Below, in pieces: positions 25,708-39,649 of a DNA stretch of 64,000 nucleotides. The position numbers and the translations under genes are program-made. The notes beneath the pieces are model-generated. The model searched no databases, was not told the origin of the DNA, and worked only from the letters and a program-made list of their open reading frames with translations. This stretch comes from Octopus sinensis (taxonomy: Eukaryota), in contig NC_043008.1 in assembly GCF_006345805.1 (NCBI RefSeq), forward strand, positions 14,074,001 to 14,138,000. The letters run 5' to 3'. Position 1 is the stretch's first letter; every line of letters begins with the position of its first letter.

Positions 25708-26214
25708 AGCGTACCGCTTTAGAAGGACCCTAGATAAACTTAAACTAAGAATTAAGGTTGTTGAAAAGCCAGGCAACCCTATCAGATCTATAATTGGTAG
25801 AAGCTATCCTTTTAGTAGAACTCTCTGTACGGATAACTATTGCACTGTATGTAGATTTAGCCCACAAACGAACTGTAAAGCCAGAAATGTGGTCTATAGT
25901 ATAAGATGTATAGAGGGACGATGCAGTAACAAGACAGTAACATACGTAGGGGAAACTGCAAGAAGCATTGGTGAGCGGGTGAATGAACATTGGAGACAAC
26001 TCAAGGAAGGTAAAAGCTCATCGATTCTGTACCACACGCCGAACAAGAACACGGGGGATCAATCAATAACATAGAGATTAAGATATTGTCCACACATAGA
26101 ACAGATGCAACAATTAGACAAATTACAGAAGCTACACATATAATAGAAAATAAACCTAGCCTGAATAGAAAACTAGAATGGAGCAATAGCGCACACCACA
26201 ACATATGGCAATAG
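25708..26214 (+). pseudogene. 5'-truncated second copy of PLE linker and GIY-YIG
   Basis: [35 protein letters not shown]...[10 protein letters not shown]; inverted copy of 23532-24037. Confidence 0.9.
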
Positions 26215-26713
26215 TGGATCCTGCAAACATAATAAATACACAGGTAATTAAAGAAATAGAAATGAATATCTATATATATGTATATGTGTATATATATCTA
26301 TATGTATATGTGTATATATGTGTGTATATATGTATATATATATATATGTATATGTATATGTATGTATATATATATATGTATATGTATATTCTTTTTTTTT
26401 TTTTTCGATTAGATTTATTATTATTATTACTAATATTGTTGTTATACATACAAGCATATGTAATGATAATAATGGGTGGATGTAAACACATGAACAAAAT
26501 TAGAACAAAAGCAACAACAACAAAAACAAAATACAAATTACAAGAATGTATATAACCAGAAGATACAAATATTACAGGCATCCCCCCCACACACACACTA
26601 TAAACATAGACGCACATAGAGATATAAGCATGCGCAAATGAAGACATACAATAGAAATACAAAATGGCTGACGGTTAGTAAGGAGAGACACAAGTAAGTG
26701 AGAAGAAAACAAA

Positions 26714-26756
26714 GGACCACTGATGCGGTCACAGAGTGTGACGAAAGAACTTTGGC
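26714..26756 (+). ncRNA. Hammerhead-like motif in PLE terminal repeat (A9C variant)
   Basis: GGACCA-CTGATGC-G-GTCACA GAG TGTGAC-GAAAGAACTT-TGG. Confidence 0.5.
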
Positions 26757-26929
26757 AGAAATAAGATTAAGATTAATGTAAAAAATAAATATCACTGAAG
26801 CAAAATAACACCAAATATATAGTGCGTGTGTTTTTATTGGCTAAACTGGCAATATGACCATTCCGAAATAACAATATCTGTTTCAACACACGACTTCACA
26901 TAAAAAATCTTGCACAACAATATTTAAAC

Positions 26930-26933
<4 letters not shown>

Positions 26934-26988
<55 letters not shown>

Positions 26989-26990
26989 AT

Positions 26991-27023
<33 letters not shown>

Positions 27024-27024
27024 G

Positions 27025-27068
<44 letters not shown>

Positions 27069-27105
27069 GATGATAGATAGATAATAGATAGATAGATAGA
27101 TAGAT

Positions 27106-27152
<47 letters not shown>

Positions 27153-27153
27153 T
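26934..27153. repeat. (TA)n then (GATA)n microsatellite
   Basis: Directly visible. Confidence 0.95.
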
Positions 27154-27154
27154 G

Positions 27155-27362
27155 TTGTGACCGCGTGTGTACCGTTGGCGATTTTCTTCCTCTGTCTTAC
27201 CTTCTCTGGATCTTTCTTTCTCCTATGTTTCCGACGAAGAGCTCCGCCCGAAACGTTAAACCCTCCTTCTTCCCTTCCTTCCTGAGCGTCCAATAATACT
27301 ATATTTGTTCCATGTCCTCACGTTGTTGTGTTTTCTCTTAGTGTTTTCATGTTTGGATTAAC
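27155..27362 (+). mobile_element. ~210-bp hammerhead-bearing short element between (GATA)n and (TA)n
   Basis: Contains the motif at 27227-27261; layout parallels 17560-17760. Confidence 0.6.
27227..27261 (+). ncRNA. Degenerate minimal hammerhead motif
   Basis: GTTT-CCGACGA-A-GAGC TCC GCCC-GAAACGT-T-AAAC: U4 to C and one stem II mismatch, so probably inactive. Confidence 0.5.
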
Positions 27363-27424
27363 TATATATATATATATATATATATATAATAGCAAGAGAG
27401 AGAAAGAGAGAGCGGAAGAAAAGC

Positions 27425-27464
27425 ATCAGACAGACAGATTGATAGCTAGATCGATAGATAGATC

Positions 27465-27554
<90 letters not shown>

Positions 27555-27612
27555 GAGGTAGGTAGATAATTAGGTAGATAGGTAGGTCGGTAGGTAGCTA
27601 GGTAAGTAGGTA
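27425..27612. repeat. (GATA)n/(GGTA)n microsatellite
   Basis: Directly visible. Confidence 0.95.
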
Positions 27613-29387
27613 TTTCCAAATTTTTCATGAAGATTTATTGATACATTCATGAATTAAACAAAGAAAAAACCGTTATCATACTCGTTTGGAGATTTGAGGG
27701 AACGATAGAGACACAGGGATTAACCTCTAATCGCGACATTTCTGTGTTGCAATAACGATGTCGGTGCTATATTTCTAATCCTTATCAGTTTCTCAAGTCA
27801 AACTAATTTTCACCCTTTAAACTTACCCTCTCTTTCCTTGTCTCTTCTTTTCCCTACATTTTTTCTTACCTCTCGATTTTTCATCTCTGTGCCTTTGTCA
27901 CATGTTCTGTCTCTTTGTCACTATCTCCTCTCTCTCTTTCTCCTTCTTTCTTTTAGTCCCTATCTCGTCGCATCCCTCTGTCTCAAACTTACATACCCTC
28001 ACAAGGGGAGGAGAATGAGTGTGAGTTTGCGTGTGTGAGAGAGAAAAACACGGAAAGGCAATCATCTAGTACATACTTGGAATACTGTCGATATCAAATT
28101 TTATATCATAAAGTCATGTTATTGAAAAGTCAGGATATGTTTATCAAATTCAATGAAATATAGAAAATAATTTATTCTCAAATTGTTTCACATTTAAATT
28201 GTCCATATCTGAAAATATTCAGGTTTTATGCTCTCGGGATTGCAGTGTAATTTTAGATTTTATAATTTTAGGAAAATTAACACTTCGTTTCATGAGGCGA
28301 AATACCTGAAATTTTAGGAATATATATAACTTAAAGTTTGAAACAAGAAAATAAGAAAATAAATTCCTATTTCCGTTATACTAAGGATTATTAATATTTG
28401 AAGATACGACTTTTTTAAAGCAAGTCCTTTAATATCAACAAATATATAGACATTATATGTTTTGTATGTAATTTCTGTTGAATATAATTATTTCTCTATA
28501 TTGTGACAGTTGCTAAATAACTTTAAGTGAACGGGATTTCATTTCAGGATATAGAAATATAAATGTGAAAGAATCGCATGGCATTTAAAACGACAGATAT
28601 CTTTTGGAACGTATGACATTTTATGAAGAATTTTCAAATGCTAAGTGAAATTTAGAGAATTTCTGCACAACATTCATAGTGTAATCTCAAATCATTTGCT
28701 AGTCAATGCTCAGAACCACTGGGACAGCATTAATGTTAACATACTATATGACACGCAAGAGTCAAAACATCCACACCCTGAGTCTCCCCTGAGTCTCTCT
28801 AGAGTGCGAAGTAAAACGAAGACCTCATTGAAACTATTCTTGAACGTTGTGTACGGGTGGCTCCCGTAAGTTAAAAAGCAATGACGTCTGTAACTCTCAG
28901 TCAAATAATACAACTTGCTGTGGCATATATAAATCAGAAAGTATGTTTCCCTGAATGTATTATTTATACAGATTTCTAGAATAGAAAAGTAATTCTACAC
29001 TAGGATAAAACAATTACTGACATCGTTGTCTGAATGAATAGTTTTCGCATGGGTTTTCTGATGGAAGGCACATACAATGTTTTAATGTTACCTGCACTAT
29101 ATTCTGTATTCTGCTATTATTGAAATCCGTTAACTGACCACTTCTATGATGAATACCCTTGATAGATAACAAAGTACTTTCACATTTGTTACGTGTGAGA
29201 CGTCGAAGTATATTTCCTATAGAATTTTCCAAGGTACATCTCTCAATATATTTTACCAGAACCAGGTCTGCAGTCATCGAATTTTAACTGGTCAATAGAA
29301 ATATTTACATTATCATTGCCGCTCGTGCTGGAGCGGCTGCAAAGACAAGGCTACAACAAGGTATCCCCCTCCCTGTCGGTCATTTTC

Positions 29388-29757
29388 ACCAACCACATGG
29401 TTCCGGGTTCAGTCCCACTCCGTGGCATCTTGGGCAAGTGTCTTCTACTATAGCCTCGGGCCGACCAAAGCCTTGTGAGTGGATTTGGGAGACGGAAACT
29501 GAATGAAGCCCGTCGTATATATGTATATATATGCGTGTGTGTGTGTGTGTGTTTGTCACCCTAGCATTGCTTGACAACCGATGCTGGTGTGTTTATGTCC
29601 CCGTCACTTAGCGGTTCGACAAAAGAGACCGATAGAATAAGTACTAGGCTTACAAAGAATAAGTCCTGGGGTCGAGTTGCTCGACTAAAGGCGGTGCTCC
29701 AGCATGGCCGCAGTCAAATGACTGAAACAAGTAAAAGAGTATAATAGAGTAAAGAGA
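29388..29757 (+). mobile_element. SINE type A, 5'-truncated, well preserved
   Basis: accaaccacatggttccgggttcagtcccac...gaaacaagtaaaagagt. Confidence 0.92.
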
Positions 29758-32700
29758 TTAAAACAGTCACATTTTGAGTGTTTCTTCCTTATGAGAGTCT
29801 ACCAGGTGGTATAGTGTGAGCGAACCCATACCACTTGAATGATTATGAAAGAGTACGGTTTTTGTAATACACCAGTATGAGAGAAGAGAAGATACATGAC
29901 AAAGGGGCAGATGGAGTTACCTTAGCTAGTTAGCTAACTGGTACTCCGAAGTTATGACAGCGCGGGTTCTTGTTGATACGATTTGTAATTGTATTTGATC
30001 TCAGCGTGTGTTTCGATTCGGATATAAAACTGGTAGAAGATGCTATAATTTGTACAATCTTGTTGATTGTTCCTTCATGTTAGTTGAAGCTCATTTCCTA
30101 ATGCAATGAAAGGAACCTGCAATAAACAAACATATCAGTCTTTCGAAAAACAGCAGCACTCCACTCAAAGAAAGAAAGAAAGTGATGATAGACCTTATTT
30201 ATCCAATTTGCTAATGATTGGCATCACTAATGAAGCACCTTATGATAATTGTACAAAAAGAACCAATTTATTAGGAATCAGATAAGTAACTTCTAAATTC
30301 CATTTATTTACCACTAATACTACCAAATATTCCTTATATCACACCAGGTTTTTAAGAGCAAAAGGGAGGTTTTGTTGACTGCAAATTCATTGATCATATG
30401 CTGTTTTTTTTCACATGGACTGAGCCAGGGATAATGAAAAGCCACCGATCTACCTTAGGCACTAGTAGGGATGATTTTATTAATGACTACTACATTCTCC
30501 CTATCGCTTAAATATTTAGCCCTACACATGCTCAACTCTACAAAATTCGAAGTTGCCAGGAAGTTAAATTTATTGCCCAATGATGAGGCAATACTATGGA
30601 ATTTAGTTGTGTTGCAATGCAAAGACGAGTTTCATTGGCTGTAAAAGCTACTGGCCATAACCAAGAGACCTGTACAGGAAAGAATTTCCCTCTTCTCAAA
30701 CACGTAATGTTAAAGAAATTACTGTGAACCCTTCCTAAGTGTCGTGACTCAGAAAAACAGCCCCATCAACATTCTATATCGTTTTAGAATCCACTTATAG
30801 ATTTTATATTTGTAGTGTGGACGCCCCCAGACGATGAAGTAGACTAGTCCAATACGTAGATATAGAGGGAGAAGTCTAGACGTCGTCAGAGACTAGAACA
30901 GGGTAGCATCGGAATAGGATAGCAGAGTCGAACAGAGAGTAGCAGAGCAGAGTAGTGTTAAGTAGAATGTATCCGAACGTGCGACATAACAATATAAAAA
31001 TGTAGATTAGTGTGTTCCTTTTACCCATTGTATTATGGTATTCTTCTTGTACTAAATTCATAGAAAATGCTACACATCCCAGAATTGACTCCGATGCAAG
31101 CCACTGGGAATATTTGATAACACAGTGCAAAATGATTATCTGCAAATAAAAGGCGTGGTGGTCACAATTGGAATATATTTAACTATATGAACCTTCGGTG
31201 TGTAATGGAAAGAGGCTAACCAATAATAAAATCAGCATCAAAATCAATGCTATTTCCTCTCAACATACGTTGCCACAACAACGTAGGATCGTAATCAATA
31301 TTTTCCTTTTCTTTATTTTTGTATTTGAAAGAAATAGGATTAGAACTATAACGTATAGAAGATCTCATTGTTGGTTAAATTAACTTGGAAAACTGACTGG
31401 GGGCAATTTAAATAGATTTCATACCGTTTAACCTTGTTATCATAGGTAAAGACACATCATTCTACCTCTGTCAGTTTATTCTCTTTACCAGACCTAATTT
31501 GCGGTTAATTAGTTAGTAATAGAAACAGCACTCAACTGGAAAAAAACCGACCATTCCAACAGAAGCTATTCAGATTTGTGTATAACGCCTAACGAACGAT
31601 TGTATAAAAAATGTGTGGATGTGAAACAATGCAAAGGTTACATAATTAGTCGTGGCTTTAGGTTCCATTGTCAGATATTTATTACATTCATGATGTGTAA
31701 TATGTAGTTGGGGGTCTTTTTTATTATAATATATTGGCCGTTCGTAAATTCAAATAGAAATTAAGCAAAAGAGAATAAAAAAATATCATGCATACATTGC
31801 AATTTGGGTACACATAGAGATTAGGTTTGGAACTAAATTTCGAATTCTTTAAAGCTGTCTAGCGTTATAGATTTCTTATTTTCAATGGATGATGTTTCTG
31901 TCGATTGTTGGTAGAGATGTTAGTGTTATTTTGGAATTATTTTATACAATACTACAGACAAAAAATAAACAAAGTATAACGAGTTTGTAAATTAGCTGTG
32001 CAAAAGGTTTCGCTAAAAAAACAAAAAGGAAAAGGAAAAACAAAATAGAAATTGCTTAACTCACAGTATTAGAATTTACAATGATTCATTATTGTGAGTT
32101 GCTGTTGATACTGAGAAGGGTGAGGGTTAGGGTTAAACAGTGGTTTACTTTTCCTTCTTTGTTCCTATATAAGTATCATCATCATCAACAACAGGCATCA
32201 TCATCAACAACAGGCATCATCATCATGATCATCACCTCGAACATCATCATTCCTGACATCATTATGATCATCATCATCGTCGTCGTCGTCGTCATCATTA
32301 TCAACATCATTTATGGAATTCTATCATCGTAGAAATTATATTTTTTGAAAATAAAAAAAAAATTGAAATCTAATAAAATCTGATTCTAAAATTTCAATTT
32401 AATATTTTTGTTACAGAATTTTCTTCCCATTTTTTTTCTGATTTGCTTTTCTTTTTCAATGAACAATTTTAAAGAGCGAGCTTTTTTTTTATATCTCAGT
32501 AATTTTAAAATTTTTTAGAAGTTTTCCTTTGTTAAGTTTGAAGTTTATTAGCAAAGATATACGTATTGTAACAACAACAACAACAAAAACAACAGCAAAC
32601 ATTAAGTAGGTTGAAAAATTCAAATGAGAGGCAATTGATTACATGTACTTAGATAGTTTACATTGAAATTAGATATGAGATGCAAAATATACGAAACAAA

Positions 32701-33344
32701 TAAGAGATAATAAAAACACAGAACAGATATGCATATTGGCAGTAGGAAATTCATCTAAATATATTACTTTTGGCAATTTCAAAGACGAAAAATGTGTAAT
32801 GTGGCATTGAATATGAATAATGCATAGAAATAACCTAACTGCATGCAAATATATAATACATGATGAAAATAAGTATACAATAACATGAAACATATTGCAT
32901 TAGTCTGATTATAAGAAATACATTAAAATTTCAATAACCTCCGAGAATATTTCATTGGATCAGATCTACTCATGGGCATTGTTTATGCTGTTAAGCAGAA
33001 CATTTTACACTATGATTCCCAGTTTATTATCTGGAGAATAAACAGAATATATAGGAATTATTGGCAAACCACATAGCTGACGTATAAGTAAAGTTCTCAA
33101 AATCTGAATGGTGAAGAATTTTTTACTTCACTTCGAAATTCTAAACTATCAGTTGTTTAAATTACATGTTATTCTTTCTTTTTTTTTAATTTACAAGTTT
33201 AGAACTAAACTCTACCAATAGATTTACCTACGGTGTGTTTTATGCGGTAATATAACTAGGTGTGTTTTCTATCAATCTATATATAAGTATTTATATGTTA
33301 AATTTACTGTCACTCTGTTGGTTAAAAAGATGAGGATTATAGTT

Positions 33345-33632
33345 GATCCGATCGACGAAACAGCAATCCCTTGTAATTAACGTGCAAGCGAATGAGCATT
33401 CTAAAAGACACGCGTACCTTTAAGATAGTTCTGATAGTTATTCGGTGTGACACAGGACGTCACGAGGCTGATTGTTTGAAATACAGGTACTACTAACTTG
33501 TGCATGTTGCGTGAACTTAGTGCAGCATCAAATAAAGTGTCTTGCTCAAGGATACAGAGCACTGTTGGAAATCGATCTCACGACCTTACAACCGTAAGAC
33601 AGGTATTCTAAGCCCTAAGCCACTGAGCCACA
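33345..33632 (-). mobile_element. SINE type C, degenerate, same tail as the 46.5 kb copy
   Basis: aataaagtgtcttgctcaagga core; ttaacgtgcaag tail match. Confidence 0.7.
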
Positions 33633-33674
33633 CTTGTTACCTGCAAGTCCTCGAACGACACGCACGCACACACG

Positions 33675-33748
<74 letters not shown>

Positions 33749-33827
33749 TTATATATATACATATATGTATATATATATATATACATTCATATATATGTAT
33801 ATATATAACATAAATATTATATAATAT

Positions 33828-33887
<60 letters not shown>

Positions 33888-34632
33888 TATAGGTCTATAT
33901 TATCTATCATTATCTAACAATCTACAAGTCAATCTCTTTGCTTATTTATGTGTCTGCATATCACAATTAATGCCTGTATGCACAAGAGGTAACATAGTTA
34001 TATGTCTAATGTAAGCATATATTTTCTCTCTACCTACGTAGCAATTTGTCATCATTTCTATCTACCTACATATGTAACACCACTTATGCGTCAGTCTTTC
34101 TTCCCAAGTATCTATTTATCCGTCTATTTCTTTCTCTCTCTCTCTCTCTTTCTCTCACTCTGTCTGTCTGTTTCTCTCTCATTTTCTCTTTCTTTCTCAA
34201 ACTCATAAATAGCGCCATTCTCAAGCATGCATACGGTTGTATGCGTTTGTCAGCATCTACATTTTTGTTAGATGGAGATTAATGCGTTTGTTGCTTCGTC
34301 AAACTGTGTTACAGGTAAAACAAAAACCCAAAACCGGCACTCACGTAGCGTAGCATCTTGAAAACCTGATAGAATTCTGTAATAACTTAGTGAATTAAAT
34401 CTAATCATGACATTCAGCATAGTGCACATTTATTTCTAGATATGAATCACCCGCTCTCTCTTCTCTCTTTTTCTTTGTCTCTCTCTTCTCTCTCTATTTC
34501 TCAGTCTGTATATATGTTTATATATATATATCTATATATATATATATATATCTATATATAATTATATATATATATATATATATATAGATATATTATATAT
34601 ATATATGTGTGTGTGTGTAATATATATATATT

Positions 34633-34668
<36 letters not shown>

Positions 34669-36334
34669 GTATATATATATATATAGCTATATATATATAT
34701 ATATATATATTACACACACCACACATATATATATATATATTATATATATAATATATATATATATAATATATATATATATACACACATATATATATATATA
34801 TTATATATATATATTATGCATATGCTAACACGTTTTTGTCTTATGTTACCATTCTATTGCTGAAATATCGATTTATGTATTCATACGCAATAATCGTGTG
34901 TGCGTGCGTGCGTGCGTGCGTGAGTTTGTGTGTGTGTGTGTGTATCCATGCATGAATATGCATGTATGCATGTATATGCACAGGTTAATAATCTGCTGGA
35001 GCTATCAATATATTGATGTAATTTTTCCATATTGCAGCTTGATAACTTTGATAATTAATCTCTATTCGATATATAATCCTTCATTCCCAACATACACATA
35101 AAACTAATATTTGAGGACACGGCATAAATTTGATAATACCAGTCCCAGTCCGTCAAACTGACTGATTTTATTGACCGTAGACAAAGCAAGATTCGAAATG
35201 AAACGTCAACAGGCGTAACCATATATAGCATGATATTTTTTAAACTGTTCTACAAATCTAAACATCTACAGCACTGTGTTATCAAAAGATATTATCAAAA
35301 CAAAGATTGAGTTAGTACAACACAAGAATTTTCTTTATCACTGAAGTTTAAGTAAAGGTAATTGGCATCAGAATGCCAAATGTTGCAAATTGAAGTTCAT
35401 TAAAGTTATATTTGAAGTTATCATGTAAGTCACCAATTATAGAAATGGTGACTGGCCAGCATTTCCTGCAATGTGTTTGATTGATATATTTCTTTCTTAC
35501 TCTCTCTTTTTTTTTTCTTTCTGAAAGTTAAAACTCAGTGATGATAAAACATAATGGTTTAGGAATAATTTTGCTTGACCATAGATTCTTAACAAAAACA
35601 GAACAAAAATAGAATTTTTGTGAAAGAATTATGACCAATGAAGTGGTGTTGGAAGTTTGGGTGGGGTTGTTCACTTATGATATATGGGAAGAGGAGGCCA
35701 GATTAAAACTCAATTTTCCAGTCGCCAACATAATGCCAAACAATAGATGAAACAGAATATAGTAATGTTTTATACAACCCTTTTATGTTTAAGCATTAAA
35801 GTTATTCTATTTTCCTTCCACATTGTTCTTCTCAAACCATTCAATATCTACTAGAATTTGCTCTTTGATTTTCGACAAAATTATAACCTTCGGATATCAG
35901 ATAGCTTTCATAATTTTTTAGCCATTCTGTTTTTGTTTGTTGTTCTTCTTGTTTTTCTTAAGCCTTCTCTCTTTTGTCTGCGAATGAAAATTGAAATGAT
36001 TTTTTTTTTACTCTCATAAAAATAGCCAAACAATTTATTTTATTTTATTCTTTATCTATCTTCGCTGTGTACTTATTTCGTCGAAATCATCAATTCTGTA
36101 TATCTGAGTGTCATGCGCTATAGATTATGCATCTCTAGGTATGAATCTGTGCGTGTATACATATATGTGGGTTTGTGTGTGTGTGCGTGTGTGTATGTAT
36201 GTGTGAGTATATATGTGTGTGTATGTGTGCGTGTGTATGTGTGTATGTGTGTATGTGTTTGAATGGTACGATATATTTTATTTATTCCTTGTAAAATCTA
36301 TTGTTGCAAATATGAAATTTTGCATGCATGCGCC

Positions 36335-36373
<39 letters not shown>

Positions 36374-36464
36374 GTGTGTGTGTGTGTGTGTGTATGTGAG
36401 TGTGTGTACGTATATATATACATACATATCATATATACACATGCATATATGATATATAGATATG

Positions 36465-36520
<56 letters not shown>

Positions 36521-36550
36521 AATATATATATATATATATATATGTATATA

Positions 36551-36581
<31 letters not shown>

Positions 36582-36729
36582 CATATATGTATATATGCAT
36601 CCATATATAATATATAGATATGTATATGTGTGTGTGTGTGTATGTGTAGGTATAAATATGTGTGGAAATAGTGTATGCATATATTGTTCATCCCCATATT
36701 CTTACATAGCTATTTCTATAATGACCAAT

Positions 36730-37720
36730 GAATTATCACGAATACTGTATTCTACTGAATAGGTTCCATAAATGTTCGATTCTCACCAAGAATGTCCTTC
36801 CTCCGAAAAATTGGTAACGGTCTTGTGGAAGGTATGAGAGCACAGTATTGCAGAGAAACTCCACTAGCCTTCCTGTACTATTATTTGTCATATTTTCGCG
36901 ACATCTTTTCCTATATTTGTTCAACAATTTTCATGAGATATTTTGGATCATGCACGCGTTGGTTTCTCTATAATGTAATTCTTACTTCAAGATATAGAAT
37001 GCAACGTATCACACTATGAAATATGCCATCTGATTCTCTAGTTTATGAAAACATAACAAAACTAGCATGTGTTTGTGGTATCGCTTTTTATCTTTTTGCA
37101 GGTTTGATAAACAAATTTCATTAGGGTTGTATGATATTCTGAACATGACCGCATAAGTCAGTGCTTAATTGGGTCAATGCTGGCATCAGATCCACGATTA
37201 GAGCGAGGGCTCCTAATAGCAGATCAATAGCAGAATAACTATATAGCTCTCTGTGCGTCGATCCAAATTTTTGTTTCTGATCATTTCCTTTTCCGAATGC
37301 TCTACTCCAGAGTACTACGCCACATTGAATGATCATGGCGAGGTGTCCCCATTTATATCTTTTTAAGTTTAATTATTTAACGCCTTTTTGAGAGTGACAT
37401 CCCTTTGGTTCAAGTAATCTATAGTTCAATAATCCTTCATCAAATAAAATCTGTTGCGTAGGTCTAGAGTAGAGTATATGCACTACATTCCAAATCCACC
37501 GTAGTTGGAATCTGCTTAGAGAGGCATAATGCCTTGATATAGTAGCTTTTCTTTTTTAGCACAGCAGTGTTAAAGATGTGATCTTATCACGTGAAGCAGG
37601 GCATTTTGCTGATACGTTAGGTGAAAGTAATTAAGTTTCTTCATGTGCATTTGGTAAACTATCCATAATCTCAACACATGCACGTATCCAACAAGTCTAA
37701 GTTTGTGCTAGAACTAAAGC
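36730..37720 (-). mobile_element. Possible highly degenerate L1/Tx1-like LINE fragment
   Basis: KALCLSK followed, after a frameshift, by YGGFGM resembles LC.PK..GGLG; many stops. Confidence 0.25.
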
Positions 37721-38157
37721 CGAAAAGTGCATCTTAATCTTAACTGAGGCTTAAATTACAAATTACAGTCGCTGAGAATGACCTAAAATATTTCAGCTGC
37801 TCATCACAGACAAACAATCAGAAGACATGTAAGATGATGTTCTAACGATAAAAATTGAGAATACACAAGAATCGAAAGATGTGTCATAATTGTTTACACC
37901 TGACATACCATGACATATATTTAGTAAAGCAAAGTACGAATTTACACAATCGAATGAAACCATTCTTGTCAGTACATCTCGATATCAGAACAACCATACT
38001 TGACGTTTAAAGACTGAAATAAATAGGTAAATAAGTTAATCAAATCTAAATCTAACTCTTTTATATGTTGTCTCTTTTTCAATAAAACATAAAAATTTGT
38101 AGGAAGAAATAGACCGTGTAACCTATTTAGGATTTTATGTAAACATCCAAAGGAGAG

Positions 38158-38333
38158 AAGAAGAAGAAGAAGAAGAAGAGAAGAAGAAGAAGAAGAAGAA
38201 GAAGAAGAAAAGAAGAAGAAGAAGAAGAATAGGAAGAAGAAGAAGAAGAAGAAGAAGAAGAAGAAGAAGAAGAAGAAGAAGAAGAAGAAGAAGAAGAAGA
38301 AGAAGAAGAAGAAGAAGAAGAAGAAGAAGAAGA
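38158..38333. repeat. (GAA)n microsatellite
   Basis: Directly visible, nearly pure, ~175 bp. Confidence 0.97.
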
Positions 38334-38746
38334 GTTTTGGCCACTGATGCCCAAAAGTTTAAGGACAATAAAATAATGATAATGGGAATTTGCATCGAGG
38401 AAAATATTAAATAACATAGGTAACTAAAGATAACAATAAAAGCCAAACGACGGAAAAGCTCTAATTGGGCGATAACACGATTTAGGGGTGATCCCGAAAC
38501 CTGTAAAAAAATACTCGACATTATATTTAGTACGTCATATGTAAACAAACATAAGTTTGTTTTTGAAGCGTAGAAATGTATTGTAGAACAAGTAGAAAGG
38601 TATATGTTCAACGCGTAGATACTGAACAGTATATAAATATATATATATATATATATATTTCTATTCCTGGGCGTTATAGTTATACATCTGTTTGTATTGT
38701 ACACCGCCTGTCTCCGTCTTTTGTTTTTTTTTTCGTAAATTCTCCC

Positions 38747-38779
<33 letters not shown>

Positions 38780-39064
38780 TATATATCCGTGTGTGTGTGT
38801 GTGGTGTGTGTGTTATCAATAATAATAAAGTGTAAAATTAATTAATCAATTAATAATTAATAATTTTACCAAGTAGTTCGGTATGTTAAAAGAACCATTA
38901 TCAGTAACCTTATACAAAAATTCGATAATTATAAGCATAATTATAATTAGGGTTCTGCAAAAAATTGCTTCACCACATACCGAAATTTCGAAATAGCAGT
39001 TAAATACTATTCCACTACCATAAAATATCTCCCAGAAAGTATATATATATATATGTGTGTGTGT

Positions 39065-39473
39065 GTTTACTCTGTTATACTCTGTTTTACTTGTTTCAGT
39101 CATTTGACTGCGGCCATGCTGGAGCACCGCCTTTAATCGAGCAACTCGACCCCGGGACTTATTCTTTTGTAAGCCCAGTACTTGTTCTATCGGTCTCTTT
39201 TGCCGAACCGCTAAGTAACGGGGACATAAACACACCAGCACCGGTTGTCAAGCAATGCTAGGGGTACAAACACAGACACACATATATATATATATATATA
39301 TATACATATATACGACGGGCTTCTTTCAGTTTCCGTCTACCAAATCCACTCACAAGGCTTTGGTCGGCCCGAGGCTATAGTAGAAGACATTTGCCCAAAG
39401 TGCCTCGCATTGGGACTGAACCCGGAACCATGTGGTTGGTAAACAAGCTACTTACCACACAGCCACTCCTGCA
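39065..39473 (-). mobile_element. SINE type A, full length
   Basis: Reverse complement of the 4203-4632 type; head cagccactcctgc at the right end. Confidence 0.93.
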
Positions 39474-39649
39474 CCTATATGTATGTATACTGTCCAGTCT
39501 TTACGCGTTGAAAGTATATTTTTCTACTTGTTCTATGATATTTAGTGTTTAGAACAGTAAACACAAGCAAGACTTATGACGCGTAATATAAACAGAGTGG
39601 AAGGAGTATTTCAGGATATTAGCTATTACCAGATTACTCTCTTCAGGCA

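Larger units (their letters stand above)
22857..26877 (-). mobile_element. Penelope-like element (Neptune-type), internally deleted, with ~1.18-kb inverted terminal repeats
   Basis: 22857-24037 is the reverse complement of 25708-26877; RT YVDD, thumb, CX4CX2C linker and GIY-YIG motifs present. Confidence 0.92.

Noticed and set aside
29330-29385. RT motif-like TRLQQGIPLP next to a SINE
   Set aside because: A single short motif without convincing flanking RT motifs.
30828-30858. Hammerhead-like CAGACGA...GTCC-AATACGTA and a possible upstream GIY-YIG end (30100-30810)
   Set aside because: Five or more deviations, no stem I, and only a vague peptide resemblance.
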